A DNA stretch of 64,000 nucleotides, taken from positions 31,123 to 95,122 of the forward strand of contig NZ_JAIXYH010000016.1 in the NCBI RefSeq assembly GCF_027490375.1, written 5' to 3'. The position numbers and the translations under genes were made by a program. This document shows, piece by piece, positions 29,288-39,025 of the stretch. The DNA comes from Flavobacterium sp. (GTDB taxonomy: Bacteria; Bacteroidota; Bacteroidia; Flavobacteriales; Flavobacteriaceae). Each line of letters opens with the position of its first letter. Within the stretch, counting starts at the first letter, position 1. The notes under the pieces were generated by a model. That model did not search any database, was not told where the DNA came from, and saw only the letters and a list, made by a program, of their open reading frames with translations.

Positions 29288-30172
29288 TTATATTTTTGCA
29301 ACGATGGTTTTTAAATCGTTGTCCGTTAAGTTCTCTTTCATGCGGTTTCGCTTTGACAATTTCCGATAAATGGCGTTGTATTTTTTAAGCTCTGGACTCT
29401 CATATTTTTTAAGATATCTAATCAACAAAACTACATGGGAGTATCCCAATTGTTTCACTCCTTTGAGGTTCGTGTTTTTGTCTTGATGCTTCTCAAAGTA
29501 ATACTCAAAATTTTCTTTGGAAAGCTGTTTAAGGTAAGTAATTAGCTCTTCTCGCTTGTCAAATTTATCAAACAGCTTAACTTTTGCATAGGAAGAATTT
29601 GCGTACGAATAATACCGTGATCCGAGTCTTTTTTGCTCTTCAACGAGCTTTATGTTTATGGTTTGTAGCGCCTGAGTGAAATCGTTCCCAATCACATAAA
29701 TGTTGAAAAGCATATCTAGTGCTAAAAACGTAAAGTGCTGGCTTTCCCACGCGGCTTGGGAGATGTTACTAGCCAATAGTTGTTTATAATCGGCTATAGC
29801 TGCCGTAAACTGTCTGGTTTTCATAAAATAGAGTCCGCGCTGATGGTAGAAATTTCGTTCATTTACAATATTGAAATCGCCCGTTTGAATATAATTTCGG
29901 TAGATTCTCTCAAATTCTTTTTCATAGGTTTTAATACCCAGCTTTTCCGGATTGGTTTCGGCGTTGAGGTATTGGGAAAATGGCTGGTAAACCCAATCGC
30001 CGTCGAGCAGTGTAACTTGCATGGTGAGCCGTTCCCATCGCAGCGGATCGTTCAAAGAGTCTTTTTCCAAGATTCGTGTAATATCTGCAATTCTTTGCGG
30101 ATAACCTGTCGTTGGATTAGGTTGTGCTGCAAGAATGCTGGATAACAATAACAATACGTATAAATACTTCAC
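29288..30172 (-). CDS. Secreted helical (TPR-like) hypothetical protein
   Basis: It has a signal peptide (MKYLYVLLLLSSILAAQ). It is 294 aa with helical-repeat-like composition. Confidence 0.6.
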   Translation of the reverse strand: MKYLYVLLLLSSILAAQPNPTTGYPQRIADITRILEKDSLNDPLRWERLTMQVTLLDGDWVYQPFSQYLNAETNPEKLGIKTYEKEFERIYRNYIQTGDFNIVNERNFYHQRGLYFMKTRQFTAAIADYKQLLASNISQAAWESQHFTFLALDMLFNIYVIGNDFTQALQTINIKLVEEQKRLGSRYYSYANSSYAKVKLFDKFDKREELITYLKQLSKENFEYYFEKHQDKNTNLKGVKQLGYSHVVLLIRYLKKYESPELKKYNAIYRKLSKRNRMKENLTDNDLKTIVAKI

Positions 30173-30367
30173 AAGTTCGGATTTTAAAGGACAGAAAGTG
30201 CATAGGTACTGAAAAGTGTAACGATTTCCGAAACTGTTTATTTTACGAAGACTTCATTTCGCGACTTTAGAAAAGTTTGAAATTGTGAAAAAACACAACT
30301 AGTACCTATTAACTGAACGTGAGCTTAGAATAGTTTTATGCAAAGAAGGCAAAGCGGTTGTTTATAA

Positions 30368-30900
30368 TTTAAAGTATTAAGATTGGAGTATTAAGACTTT
30401 GCGGCGTTCACCACCTAAAGTTTCGTTTTTTGAGAAGCCAGTCCCGATGACTATCGGAATCGTAACGTTCACCACTTAACGTGTCATTTCCCCAACTTAA
30501 CCCACGTTTCGTCGGAGCCTGAGCTTGTCGAAGGCTGGTGCCTGAGCTTGTCGAAGGCTAATCTTTTAATCTTGTAACTTTTTACTACATCAGTCAGGCT
30601 GACCACATAGGCACAGAGTTCACAAAGTTTTTACACGATGTCAAAAAAGCACTGTTTTTCTCTAATTACATGCATTTCAATTTTTTCGCTTTTTTAAATC
30701 TTTTCAATTTTTACTAAATTACTGCGGTTGACCACATAGGCACAGAGTTCACAAAGTTTTACACGATGTCAAAAAAACACTGTTTTTGTCTATTTACTTT
30801 AATTTCAATTTTTTCGCTTTTTTAGCTTTTTTAGCTTTTTTAGCTTTTTCAAATCTTTCAATCTCGAAATCTCGAAATCTTTAATTCTGGAAATCTTTAA
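30368..30900 (+). repeat. Mosaic repeat locus L2 (same module order as L1, preceding core copy B)
   Basis: The modules appear in this order:
- AAGTATTAAGATTGGAGTATTAAGAC
- CGTTCACCAC modules
- the hairpin CAGTCCCGATGACTATCGGAAT
- CCTGAGCTTGTCGAAGGC, twice (30528-30557)
- AATCTTTTAATCTTGTAA
- a 2 x ~129-bp tandem duplication
- TTTTTAGC and AATCTCGAAATCT microsatellites. Confidence 0.8.
30581..30838 (+). repeat. Tandem duplication, 2 x ~129 bp
   Basis: GACCACATAGGCACAGAGTTCACAAAGTTTT(T)ACACGATGTCAAAAAA.CACTGTTTTT...ATTTCAATTTTTTCGCTTTTTT occurs at 30601 and again at 30730 (period 129). The CACAAAGTTT module also occurs inverted at 18305-18355. Confidence 0.85.
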
Positions 30901-31058
30901 TTAGCTCTTCCCGTTTTCCGCTGTAGTCCTCGTAAAAAACGGCGCGTTCACACGTCTTGCAGCAGGCTTCTGAGGTCGCCCGCGCAACCCGGTTCACGTA
31001 GCCGTCTTTTACTGTGGGCTGCCGCTGCAACCGGGGCTAAGGCAAATCGTTAGTAACG
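30901..31058 (+). ncRNA. Core copy B of the structured repeat element
   Basis: The outer stem is AAAAAACGGC (30934-30943) / GCCGTCTTTT (31001-31010). The central hairpin is TTGC(A)GCAGGC (30957-30967) / GCCCGCGCAA (30978-30987) with loop TTCTGAGGTC. The 3' end reads ATCGTTAGTAACG. Confidence 0.55.
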
Positions 31059-31180
31059 ATCGGTCACCACAAAATATCCCAATCTTTAGATTAATTTGAA
31101 ACACGCACCAACTTTCCACTCCAATTAAAAAAAATTGAAAAAATACTTTGCCCGGATAAGTTGCGTAAATGTACGGCTTC

Positions 31181-31335
31181 ACGTTAATACGTATTTCGGG
31201 TAAGCGATAGCAGCGTTATCCTTTTTGGCCTTACGAAATTTCCACTTTTGTGTTGCCAAAAAGATACAGCGGATAGCGCGACGGCGGCTACACGAAACGT
31301 TTGCGAAGCTGTACAATTGCGCCGCCGGTACCCCC
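31181..31335 (-). repeat. Diverged core copy F (inverted orientation)
   Basis: The reverse complement ends ...GCTGCTATCGCTTACCCGAAATACGTATTAACGT, which matches the 3' module. It contains CGGCGGC...GCCGCCG (as in copy G) and the hairpin CTTTTTGGC/GCCAAAAAG. Confidence 0.45.
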
Positions 31336-31665
31336 AAAAAATAAAGAAAAAATATTTGTTGTCTGGCGATAAACTCATACTTCAAAAAATCGGTTTGCTT
31401 TGAATTGCCGGCATTAAAAAGATCTTTCCATGCCGTGCGCTATCGAGAATTATCCAAATTGATTACGGCAGAGTTTTTGCTTAGTTTTGGAACTAAAATA
31501 CTGGTCGGAATAAACAATAAAGGAATTACAGCAGCACTAAATTCTAGCTTTAAGATTAGGGCACAGCAAATTTTATAGCTTAAAATCAGCTGATGTTGCT
31601 TTGAAATTTGGCTGATGCGAAAACCAAACCTACACGATAATTTGCAAAACTAGAGAAGGGGAACC

Positions 31666-32301
31666 ATGAAAAATTACAGGTACGTTTTAATCTTATTTTT
31701 AAGCCTCTCCAATTTGGCTGTGTCGCAAATAAGTCTGGGACAAGACAGGAGATACGTTTACAATAACACGAAAGACACCATTTTCTTTACTAATTTCTTA
31801 CCTAAATTTTCAACAATCGGATTTAATCCAAAGATTTCTTTATGCGGCGACATAAAAATTGTTGATTCTATTCAAGTCGATGGAATAGGAAGAAAGGAAC
31901 TTGTTTTTTATTTTAACTGCACATTTTTTAACTCGCAACACGGAGGAACGTTCGACATTGATGAAAGTGTCGAAATCGGAAAATACGAGATTTGGAATCT
32001 GGACACAAAGTCGGTAATCTTTGAAGTGATCGATCATAAAAAAACTAATTTTAATAGATTTATCGCGGGACAGCCTAAAGCAAACGGAAATACCTGCTAT
32101 AAATCGGATGTGACTTTCGATGATTCTGGAACGATTACGGTCAAGAATGTAAAAACCGATTGTTCTGTGGAAAATGAAAAAAAAGTAAAATCAAGAGGTA
32201 AGCGAAAAAAAGACACGTGTACAACAACCGATGCACGAGGTAAAAAGCAAGAAGTCGTCTATAAATTTATAGACGGAAAGTACGCAGAGCTTCGCAATTA
32301 A
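31666..32301 (+). CDS. Secreted hypothetical protein with Lys-rich C-terminus
   Basis: It has a signal peptide (MKNYRYVLILFLSLSNLAVSQ) and is 211 aa. Confidence 0.6.
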   Translation: MKNYRYVLILFLSLSNLAVSQISLGQDRRYVYNNTKDTIFFTNFLPKFSTIGFNPKISLCGDIKIVDSIQVDGIGRKELVFYFNCTFFNSQHGGTFDIDESVEIGKYEIWNLDTKSVIFEVIDHKKTNFNRFIAGQPKANGNTCYKSDVTFDDSGTITVKNVKTDCSVENEKKVKSRGKRKKDTCTTTDARGKKQEVVYKFIDGKYAELRN

Positions 32302-32354
32302 CTGCAAAACAAATCATAACAAGTACCCAGATCCGAAATTCAAACTCCAACGAT

Positions 32355-32843
32355 ATGGCACAACACATTTGCTACCTGATCACTACAGAAGATTTCGACG
32401 CAGCAATACCCATCGATATTGTTCATTTTCACGAAAAAAATGCTACCATTATTCCGCTTTTAATGGAAGTTTACGAATTTGAGACTATGGTTTCTTGCGC
32501 TTCGGAAGCGAATAATGTAGCCGACTTTCACCAAAGCACCTCTGCATTTACTTTTGAGTATCCAACAAGAAAAGCACTTGAATTTGTTGCAAAAGCCGAT
32601 TTGAAAACCTTCGGTATTGTTTATTTTTCGGACGATTTCATGGTTCCAGAAGATTCAAGCCCCATTTTTTTTATCGAAAACATTAGAAGAAACTTAGCTT
32701 GGAATGATTATATAAGTGCCATTCACGACCAATTAAACAGCGCTTTTAAATCTTATGAATTACTGAAAAACGAGGACAAATACTGGGATTTTTACAATGC
32801 CGAGGAGCAATATTTTAGACTTCTAGAAAAGAACCTCCGTTAG
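32355..32843 (+). CDS. Cytoplasmic hypothetical protein (162 aa)
   Basis: Clean ORF lying 54 nt downstream of the previous gene. I recognised no motif. Confidence 0.5.
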   Translation: MAQHICYLITTEDFDAAIPIDIVHFHEKNATIIPLLMEVYEFETMVSCASEANNVADFHQSTSAFTFEYPTRKALEFVAKADLKTFGIVYFSDDFMVPEDSSPIFFIENIRRNLAWNDYISAIHDQLNSAFKSYELLKNEDKYWDFYNAEEQYFRLLEKNLR

Positions 32844-33074
32844 CGGCAATTGTAGGAAAGCATTACTTAAGGTTTCAATTTGCAGATTGTATCCATTCAT
32901 GCGCTTTGTGATTGATCAACACTAAATCTCTTTTAAATCTGCAGCTCTTATCTGGCAGTTAATTAATAGCGCAATTGTATGGGAAACTGTGTGGTTGTGT
33001 GTGGCAAAGTTGGAAGATTTTTTTGTGGAGAAGCTAGAAGAGTTAACCAGTTTACGTATCTCTTTAGTATTAAG

Positions 33075-33435
33075 ATTTAAGTATTGCGATACTGATGATT
33101 TCGCCACTAATCGTATCTTTTATCCTACCGATCCCACATTTTGTTAGAGCCTAAACTTATCGAAGGCAGCCTATCGAATGTTGGAACAACTTTTGGGCGG
33201 CTGCTCTGTGGTTTCCGCCACAGCGCTAAATTGCGAAAAAATCTGCGAAGTTCGATGGTCTCCGTGCACTTAAAAAATCGAATACCTGAGTTTATCTGGG
33301 CGTTCCCTGCCAACGTCTGTGCTGCATCTAAAAGTCGACTCGGCAGGTCAGGCTGTTCGCTAATATCTGCCACTCGGCAACGGCCGCTCGTGGCAGGATT
33401 TTCGCTGCCATCCTTAACGCAGAAAAACGTCTATG
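33075..33435 (+). repeat. Mosaic/core copy E (diverged, longer)
   Basis: TAGTATTAAGATTTAAGTATTG matches the heptamer-module relative. GAGCCTAAACTTATCGAAGGC matches CCTGAGCTTGTCGAAGGC. CGCTAAATTGCGAAAAAATCTGCG matches the core 5' part. GGATTTTCGCTGCCATCCTTAACGCAGAAAAACGTCTATG matches the 3' module. Confidence 0.45.
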
Positions 33436-33499
33436 AAAAATCGTATCAAAAAGAAACCGCTGCCTTTCGAGCAACGGTTTCTTCCAATTCTTTCATTAC

Positions 33500-35191
33500 T
33501 TAGCGAATGAGTTTTCGATATTTGATACGCTTCGGCGTCACGTCGGCACCTAAACGTTTGCGCTTGTTTTCTTCGTATTCCGTAAAGCCACCTTCGAAAA
33601 AGTACACTTCCGAGTTGCCTTCAAAAGCCAAAATATGCGTACAAATTCGGTCTAAAAACCAACGATCGTGACTGATAACCACAGCACAACCCGCAAAGTT
33701 TTCCAAACCTTCCTCTAACGCACGTAAGGTATTTACATCCAAATCGTTCGTAGGCTCATCTAAAAGCAAAACATTGCCTTCTTCCTTTAATGTCATGGCC
33801 AAGTGCAAACGGTTGCGTTCACCGCCCGAAAGCATCGATACCTTTTTGTTTTGTTCGCTGCCACCAAAGTTAAAACGACTCAAATACGCACGTGCATTTA
33901 CTTGTCGGCCGCCCATCATAATCAATTCTTGACCACCGCTAAAGTTTTCGTAAATCGATTTATCGACATCAATATTTGAATGCGACTGATCCACGTAAGC
34001 AATCTTTACCGTTTCGCCAATCGAAAAGCTACCACCATCGGGTGTTTCTTCTCCCATAATCATGCGGAAAATTGTCGACTTACCGGCACCATTCGGACCA
34101 ATAACACCAACAATTCCCGCTTGAGGCAAGGTAAAGTTCAAATTATCGTACAACAATTTGTCGCCAAAAGCTTTCGCAACGTTCTTAGCTTCAATTACGT
34201 TAGTTCCCAATCGCGGACCGTTCGGAATGTAAATTTCCAGCTTCTCGTCCAGTTGCTTCTGATCTTCATTCAACAACTTATCGTAATTCTGTAAACGTGC
34301 TTTCTGCTTGGTCTGACGTCCTTTCGCGCCCTGTCTCACCCACTCCAACTCGCGCTCTAGTGTTTTTCTGCGTTTACTCGCTGTTTTTTCTTCCTGTGCC
34401 AAACGAATCGTTTTTTGATCGAGCCAAGACGAGTAGTTTCCTTTCCACGGAATTCCTTCTCCACGGTCGAGTTCCAAAATCCAACCAGCAACGTTATCCA
34501 AAAAGTAACGGTCGTGCGTAACGGCAATAACTGTTCCGGCGTACTGTGCCAAATGCTGCTCTAACCACAACACCGATTCGGCATCGAGGTGGTTGGTAGG
34601 CTCATCCAGTAACAAAACGTCGGGTTGTTGCAACAGCAAACGGCAAAGTGCCACACGACGGCGTTCGCCACCCGAAAGATGCTTTATCGGCGTATCGGCA
34701 TCAGGCGTGCGCAACGCATCCATGGCAATCTCTAGTTTGGTGTCAATTTCCCAAGCGTTTAAGGCATCAATTTTATCTTGTAGTGCCGCCTGTCTGTCCA
34801 TTAATTGCTGCATTTTGGTTTCATTTTCATAAACCTCAGGCAGCATAAAACTGTCGTTAATTTCGTTGTATTCCGCAAGTACAGCCATGGTTTCGGCTAC
34901 TCCTTCGCGAACAATATCAATAACGGTTTTATCCTCATCAAGTTGCGGCTCTTGTTCCAAATAACCCACAGTATATCCGGGTGCAAAAACTACATCGCCC
35001 TGATAATTTTTATCTACTCCTGCGATGATACGCAGCAAAGACGATTTACCAGAACCGTTTAAACCGAGAATACCAATTTTAGCTCCGTAGAAAAAGCTGA
35101 GATAGATGTTTTTTAAAACTTGTTTGTCGCTGCTGCTGTAGGTCTTCGAGACCTTTTGCATGGAAAAAATAACCTTCTTATCGTCTGACAT
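33500..35191 (-). CDS. ettA: Energy-dependent translational throttle ABC-F ATPase EttA
   Basis: It has two ABC cassettes (GLNGSGKSSLLR, GPNGAGKSTIFR; LSGGERRRVAL, LSGGERNRLHL). Its 563-aa length and the sequence 'KVIFSMQKVSKTY' are typical of EttA. Confidence 0.93.
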   Translation of the reverse strand: MSDDKKVIFSMQKVSKTYSSSDKQVLKNIYLSFFYGAKIGILGLNGSGKSSLLRIIAGVDKNYQGDVVFAPGYTVGYLEQEPQLDEDKTVIDIVREGVAETMAVLAEYNEINDSFMLPEVYENETKMQQLMDRQAALQDKIDALNAWEIDTKLEIAMDALRTPDADTPIKHLSGGERRRVALCRLLLQQPDVLLLDEPTNHLDAESVLWLEQHLAQYAGTVIAVTHDRYFLDNVAGWILELDRGEGIPWKGNYSSWLDQKTIRLAQEEKTASKRRKTLERELEWVRQGAKGRQTKQKARLQNYDKLLNEDQKQLDEKLEIYIPNGPRLGTNVIEAKNVAKAFGDKLLYDNLNFTLPQAGIVGVIGPNGAGKSTIFRMIMGEETPDGGSFSIGETVKIAYVDQSHSNIDVDKSIYENFSGGQELIMMGGRQVNARAYLSRFNFGGSEQNKKVSMLSGGERNRLHLAMTLKEEGNVLLLDEPTNDLDVNTLRALEEGLENFAGCAVVISHDRWFLDRICTHILAFEGNSEVYFFEGGFTEYEENKRKRLGADVTPKRIKYRKLIR

Positions 35192-35206
35192 GTATAGTGT
35201 AATTAA

Positions 35207-35389
35207 TTAAACGCGTCCTTTTAAGGAACTAAAAACCCAAGCATTGGCCCAAAAGCCAAAACCAACGGCCGCAAAACCCCATCCGGCAACTTCGTCGTAA
35301 CGAAAAGCTCCTAAACCAATAAGTAAAATTCCCATCAGAATCATAATAAAGGTAGCCCAACCCAAAACGGTGTTCTTATTCATTCCCAT
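35207..35389 (-). CDS. Small two-helix membrane protein
   Basis: 60 aa with two hydrophobic helices. It is tightly spaced between holA and ettA. Confidence 0.45.
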   Translation of the reverse strand: MGMNKNTVLGWATFIMILMGILLIGLGAFRYDEVAGWGFAAVGFGFWANAWVFSSLKGRV

Positions 35390-35400
35390 ATTTTTAAATT

Positions 35401-36405
35401 TTAGGCAAATATCTTAATCAAAAGCAGTTTAAACAAATCGCTTTCTTTAGCATTAGCTGCACCCACGCCTTTGCTCTGTAAATCAATATCGCGTAAAGCG
35501 GCAATCATACTGCTCACTTTTTTCATCGGATATACGCGGATACCGTCAAAAAACTCGTCGACAAAATACGGCGAAACACCTAAAGCTTGCGCTGCCGCCG
35601 GTTTGCTCTTGTCTTTTAATCCGTGTAAAATCAGTAGCTGACTAAAAAATTTGTGCAATTGCGCTACGATGACCACCAAAGGCATATCGTTTTTACTTTT
35701 GGTAAAATAATCAACAATTTGGAAGGCTTTGGTCGTGTTTTTTTGTGCGATTGCTTTTCGCAATTCAAAAATATTGAAGTCCTTACTTATTCCAACGTAC
35801 AATTCCACATCTGCAGCAGTAACGGTACTTCCACTCGGAATATTAACCACCAGTTTGTCAATTTCGGTAGCAATACGCGACAAATTATTCCCTAAATTGT
35901 CGTTAATCATCGCAACAGCTTTAGGTTCAATTTGCAAACCTTTCGACTTCAGTAATTTCGCAATCCAGGTTTGCACTTGCGCATCCTTGAGTTTCTTGCT
36001 TTCGAGCACCACGCCGTGTTTCTGAAAATTCTTGTAGAGCGCTTTTCGCTTATCTACATCTTTACCTTTGTAACACAAAACCAGCACTGTTGTTGGCGTG
36101 CAATTGGCAACGTACTCTTCCAATTTATCTAGTTTGCCAGTAATGGCTTGGGCTTCTTTAACAATTATTACTTGTCGTTCGGCCATCATCGGATAGCGCT
36201 TGGCGGCTCCTACTAAATCGGGAACATTTACATCACGTCCGTACAAAATAGTCTGATTAAAGCCGCGTTCGTCTTCAGATAATACGTGCTCTTCAATGTA
36301 TTCGGACACCTTATCAACGTAATACGGTTCCTCACCCATGAGCAAATAAAGGGGCTTGATGTCGCCCGATTTGATCGCATCAACAATTTTTAGTGCTTCA
36401 TCCAT
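35401..36405 (-). CDS. holA: DNA polymerase III subunit delta
   Basis: It shows the 'IKPLYLLMGEEPYYVDKV...ILYG' N-terminal pattern and is 334 aa. Confidence 0.85.
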   Translation of the reverse strand: MDEALKIVDAIKSGDIKPLYLLMGEEPYYVDKVSEYIEEHVLSEDERGFNQTILYGRDVNVPDLVGAAKRYPMMAERQVIIVKEAQAITGKLDKLEEYVANCTPTTVLVLCYKGKDVDKRKALYKNFQKHGVVLESKKLKDAQVQTWIAKLLKSKGLQIEPKAVAMINDNLGNNLSRIATEIDKLVVNIPSGSTVTAADVELYVGISKDFNIFELRKAIAQKNTTKAFQIVDYFTKSKNDMPLVVIVAQLHKFFSQLLILHGLKDKSKPAAAQALGVSPYFVDEFFDGIRVYPMKKVSSMIAALRDIDLQSKGVGAANAKESDLFKLLLIKIFA

Positions 36406-36453
36406 TAAAGTCGGAAATTGAATTCGGGCTAATCTTCTCTTTATATTTGCGCC

Positions 36454-36900
36454 ATGCAGCGACTCAATCTTCCACCCGCTCAGTTCAGGTTCAAAAATAG
36501 CGAAAATAAGACGCTTATCTTCGACCCTATTCGCAAAAAATTTATCGTATTAACGCCCGAAGAATGGGTCAGACAGCATGTAATTGCTTTGTTGCAAACG
36601 CATTATCAAATCCCAACAACTTTAATCAGCGTTGAACGTCAACTGAAAATCAATCAGTTAATAAAACGATTCGATTTAGTTGTCTTCAATAAAAACGGCA
36701 GCATTTTTTTGTTAGTCGAATGTAAAGCACCTGAAATACCTATAAAGCAAGACACGTTCGACCAAATTGCACGCTATAATTTGCACGTACAAGCACAACA
36801 TTTATTCGTGACAAATGGCTTGGAACACTATTTTTGCAAACTCGATTACGAACGCGAACGTTTTGAATTAATTCCCGATTTACCTGCCTTTGGAAACTAA
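36454..36900 (+). CDS. HsdR-N-terminal-like (PD-(D/E)XK fold) small protein
   Basis: 148 aa. It contains 'PEEWVRQHVI...DLVVFNKNGSIFLLVECKAP', a D..(E/D)xK-type core. It sits divergent from holA, the conserved position in Bacteroidota. Confidence 0.65.
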   Translation: MQRLNLPPAQFRFKNSENKTLIFDPIRKKFIVLTPEEWVRQHVIALLQTHYQIPTTLISVERQLKINQLIKRFDLVVFNKNGSIFLLVECKAPEIPIKQDTFDQIARYNLHVQAQHLFVTNGLEHYFCKLDYERERFELIPDLPAFGN

Positions 36901-37903
36901 CGAACTTTTATCTAAAACGGCCGTTGTTGTACTCAATTACAACGGAGCAGAACTGTTGCGCCAATTTCTACCTACGCTAATTCATTGCAGTGATTCGGCG
37001 CGTATTTACGTAATCGATAATGCTTCGACCGACGACTCGGTGACCGTACTTGCCAATGAGTTCGCCGACGTAGTTTGTATCAGAAACGAAAGTAACTTAG
37101 GCTTTGCCGGTGGTTATAACGAAGGCTTAAAAAGTATTGATGCCTCGCTTTTGGTTTTAATTAATTCCGATGTCGAAGTAACTCCAAATTGGTTGCAGCC
37201 GTTGGTTCGCGCTTTCGCGGAAGAAGAAAAATTGGCCATAGCGCAACCCAAAATTCGCGATTTCAAAAATAAAGCCGCATTTGAATATGCCGGAGCTGCG
37301 GGCGGATTTATCGACAAGTTTGGATTTCCGTACTGCCGCGGTCGGTTGTTTGAAACCGTAGAAATCGACGAAAACCAATATTCGAACGAAACACCGATTT
37401 TCTGGGCAACCGGAGCTTGTTTTGCGATACGAAAGAAGGTATTCGACGAACTTGGCGGTTTTGATGCCGACTTCTTTGCACATCAGGAAGAAATAGACCT
37501 GTGTTGGCGGGCATTTAATCGCGGATTTGAAGCCCGATACCTACCCGATTCCGTTGTGTTTCACGTTGGTGGCGCAACTTTAGCGAGCGGTTCTGCTCGA
37601 AAAGTCTTTCTAAATTTTAGAAATTCGCTATTAATGCTGCTAAAAAACGTTCCGCAAGGCATGTTATTCGAAGTATTGCTCTTGCGTTTGGTTTTAGACG
37701 GAGTAGCCGCAATTCGGTTCCTAATTTCCGGCGAATTTTCGAAGTTCCGCGCAGTAATTGCTGCACATTTTGCCTTCTACGCTAAGTGTTACCACACGTA
37801 TAAAAAGCGAGCCAAAAACCTGCGTTCGGACTACTTTTCTAAAAAATCGATTGTCTATGCATACTTCGTTCAAGGAAAGCGCCGTTATAGCGATGTATCT
37901 TAA
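36890..37903 (+). CDS. Family 2 glycosyltransferase
   Basis: It contains 'VVVLNYNGAELL...IDNASTDDS...NLGFAGGYN...LINSDVEV' (a DxD-type GT-A fold). The start codon is TTG and overlaps the upstream gene by 11 nt. Confidence 0.85.
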   Translation: METNELLSKTAVVVLNYNGAELLRQFLPTLIHCSDSARIYVIDNASTDDSVTVLANEFADVVCIRNESNLGFAGGYNEGLKSIDASLLVLINSDVEVTPNWLQPLVRAFAEEEKLAIAQPKIRDFKNKAAFEYAGAAGGFIDKFGFPYCRGRLFETVEIDENQYSNETPIFWATGACFAIRKKVFDELGGFDADFFAHQEEIDLCWRAFNRGFEARYLPDSVVFHVGGATLASGSARKVFLNFRNSLLMLLKNVPQGMLFEVLLLRLVLDGVAAIRFLISGEFSKFRAVIAAHFAFYAKCYHTYKKRAKNLRSDYFSKKSIVYAYFVQGKRRYSDVS

Positions 37904-37970
37904 CAATAGTTTAGGTATCCTTTTCACGTTATTTTTTAACATTTGAGTATATCTTTGCGCAAAATCTAAA

Positions 37971-38810
37971 TTGATGAAGAAGTATATTTTTGTTTTAGCA
38001 TCGCTTGCCGTATTGAGCACATCATGCGGAACGAAAAAGAAAATCGCTGCATTAGAAGCGAAAAATAAGGAAATTCAGGACCTTTTGAACTCGACTACCG
38101 TTAAACTGAACATGTGTATGTCGGAAAAAGATGCCTTGGCTACGCAAGTTGATTTCTTGAAAAAGAACAATTCCGAATTAATTAGCAATATCGGAAACAT
38201 GACTACGCTTACCGCGAAAGGTGCCGAAAACATTGAGAAAGCGTTAGAAACCATCAAAGAGAAAGATCTTAAAATTACGCGCATGCAAGACGCACTGACT
38301 AAAAAAGACAGTGTTACACTTGCCTTAGTTACGAGTTTGAAACGCGAGGTAGGCATTTCTGATCCAGATATCGAAGTGAATGTGGAGAAAGGCGTAGTTT
38401 TCATTTCAATTGCCGATAAGTTATTGTTCAAAAGTGGTAGCTACACCGTTACCGATCGAGCCAAAGAAGTACTTACCAAAGTGGCAAAAGTTATAAATAG
38501 TAAGCCCGATTTTGAATGCATGGTGGAAGGACATACCGACAGCGTGCCTTTCATTGGCAACGGCGTTTTGCTCGACAACTGGGATTTGAGCGTAAAACGT
38601 TCTACGTCTATCATTCGTGTGTTAACTAAAGAATTGGGTGTAAAACCTTCGCAACTCATTGCAGCTGGTCGCGGCGAATACATTCCGTTGGTTGACAACA
38701 GCAATGCAGAAAACAGATCTAAAAACAGAAGAACTCGAGTAGTGATTCTTCCAAAAATCGATCAGTTTTACGACATGATTGAAAAGGAGATGAAGAACCC
38801 GAAAAATTAA
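37971..38810 (+). CDS. OmpA/MotB-family peptidoglycan-binding lipoprotein with coiled-coil N-terminal half
   Basis: It has a lipobox (LSTSCG). The C-terminal OmpA domain reads 'VEGHTDSVP...NWDLSVKRSTSII..GRGEY.P...N...N..NRRTRVVILPK'. Confidence 0.85.
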   Translation: MMKKYIFVLASLAVLSTSCGTKKKIAALEAKNKEIQDLLNSTTVKLNMCMSEKDALATQVDFLKKNNSELISNIGNMTTLTAKGAENIEKALETIKEKDLKITRMQDALTKKDSVTLALVTSLKREVGISDPDIEVNVEKGVVFISIADKLLFKSGSYTVTDRAKEVLTKVAKVINSKPDFECMVEGHTDSVPFIGNGVLLDNWDLSVKRSTSIIRVLTKELGVKPSQLIAAGRGEYIPLVDNSNAENRSKNRRTRVVILPKIDQFYDMIEKEMKNPKN

Positions 38811-38833
38811 AAATTTGATTTTCAATACTTTAA

Positions 38834-38866
38834 AGCTGTCTTATACATAGGCAGCTTTTTTGTTTT
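38834..38866 (+). terminator. Rho-independent terminator after the OmpA-family gene
   Basis: The stem is AGCTGTC (38834-38840) / GGCAGCT (38850-38856), with one G-U pair, followed by TTTTTTGTTTT. Confidence 0.7.
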
Positions 38867-39025
38867 GTCGAGGTAGTAGATCGCTTAAGTACTCTCTTTT
38901 TTGAGACTTTTCTTAAAATGCTTCATTTCTTATAAAAGCACTACACTACTGCGGATTTTATTAAAAAGGTAGTATTCATTTAAATGTTTTCTAACTTTGA
39001 TTCCGATAAAGAACAACCGCTAACA

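Noticed and set aside
31179-31385. Two overlapping ~65-aa minus-strand ORFs
   Set aside because: They span core copy F of the repeat element. Other copies of the element carry stops and indels in every frame, so the conservation is at the nucleotide or structure level and is not coding.
33125-33503. ORFs 33125..33373 (-) and 33141..33503 (+)
   Set aside because: They overlap each other and the diverged repeat copy E. There is no start context, and the composition is atypical for this genome's proteins.
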